A DNA stretch of 64,000 bases from Anthoceros angustus (lineage: Eukaryota > Plantae > Anthocerotophyta). The translations under genes and the position numbers were made by a program. Below the pieces are notes generated by a model. That model saw nothing but the letters and a program-made list of their open reading frames with translations. It did no database searches and had not been told where the DNA came from. Each line of letters starts with the position of its first letter. Position 1 is the stretch's first letter. Shown in pieces: positions 63,859 through 64,000 of the stretch. The stretch spans positions 2,567,478-2,631,477 of the forward strand of contig MU008158.1 of the NCBI GenBank assembly GCA_010909165.1. The letters run 5' to 3'.

Positions 63859-64000
63859 ATGAAGTCCTTCAGGAAGCTGAGCAATCTGGTGCTCAACACG
63901 CACAAATCGCCCAGGGACAAGGATAAGGCTGACAGGGAGAGGGAGAGGCGCAGCGATGGCGGGGACGGGATGCCAGGGGTGCAAGATGCAGAGGGCCTCA
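63859..64000 (+). CDS. 5' start of a probable host gene (N-terminus weakly recalls plant At2g33490-type BAR-domain proteins), runs off the window
   Basis: ATG at 63859 opens MKSFRKLSNLVLNTHKSPRDKDKADRERERR..., open to the window end and preceded by a pyrimidine-rich leader with GCTTTC/GCTTTG repeats (63797-63843). The family guess is weak. Confidence 0.5.
   Translation, partial: MKSFRKLSNLVLNTHKSPRDKDKADRERERRSDGGDGMPGVQDAEGL

Noticed and set aside
1-64000. rRNA, tRNA or organellar/bacterial insertions
   Set aside because: No such sequence was recognised by eye; a tRNAscan or Infernal run would be needed to exclude short ncRNAs.

Overview
Eukaryotic, plant-like (streptophyte, probably non-seed) genomic DNA. 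Host genes occur only at the edges: the 3' end of a PLIP-like class-3 lipase (19-465), an intact 11-exon WDR20/CreC-type WD40 gene (3910-6933, minus) and the start of another gene at 63859. Between them is a ~57 kb island of nested, frameshifted mobile elements. Main hits: (1) a Ty3/Gypsy retrotransposon (~9979-18757, minus) carrying a C5-cytosine DNA methyltransferase domain between protease and RT, a PHD finger after the integrase, an extra 3' ORF, and terminal repeats in a possible A1-B1-A2-B2 layout; (2) an AT-rich island (~47150-59600) with an intron-containing Crypton-type tyrosine recombinase and a divergent second gene, both island ends tandemly duplicated; (3) a ~22.6 kb segment bounded by long colinear inverted repeats, with a ~45-bp periodic motif array, interrupted by a non-chromovirus Gypsy whose ~3.7 kb LTRs each hold an antisense ORF. 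Smaller remnants are a chromovirus fragment, a probable DDE transposase fragment and an intronless kinase pseudogene. All alignments and translations were done by eye and no databases were searched. The dense 1-2 bp indels in repeats may be real decay or unpolished assembly.
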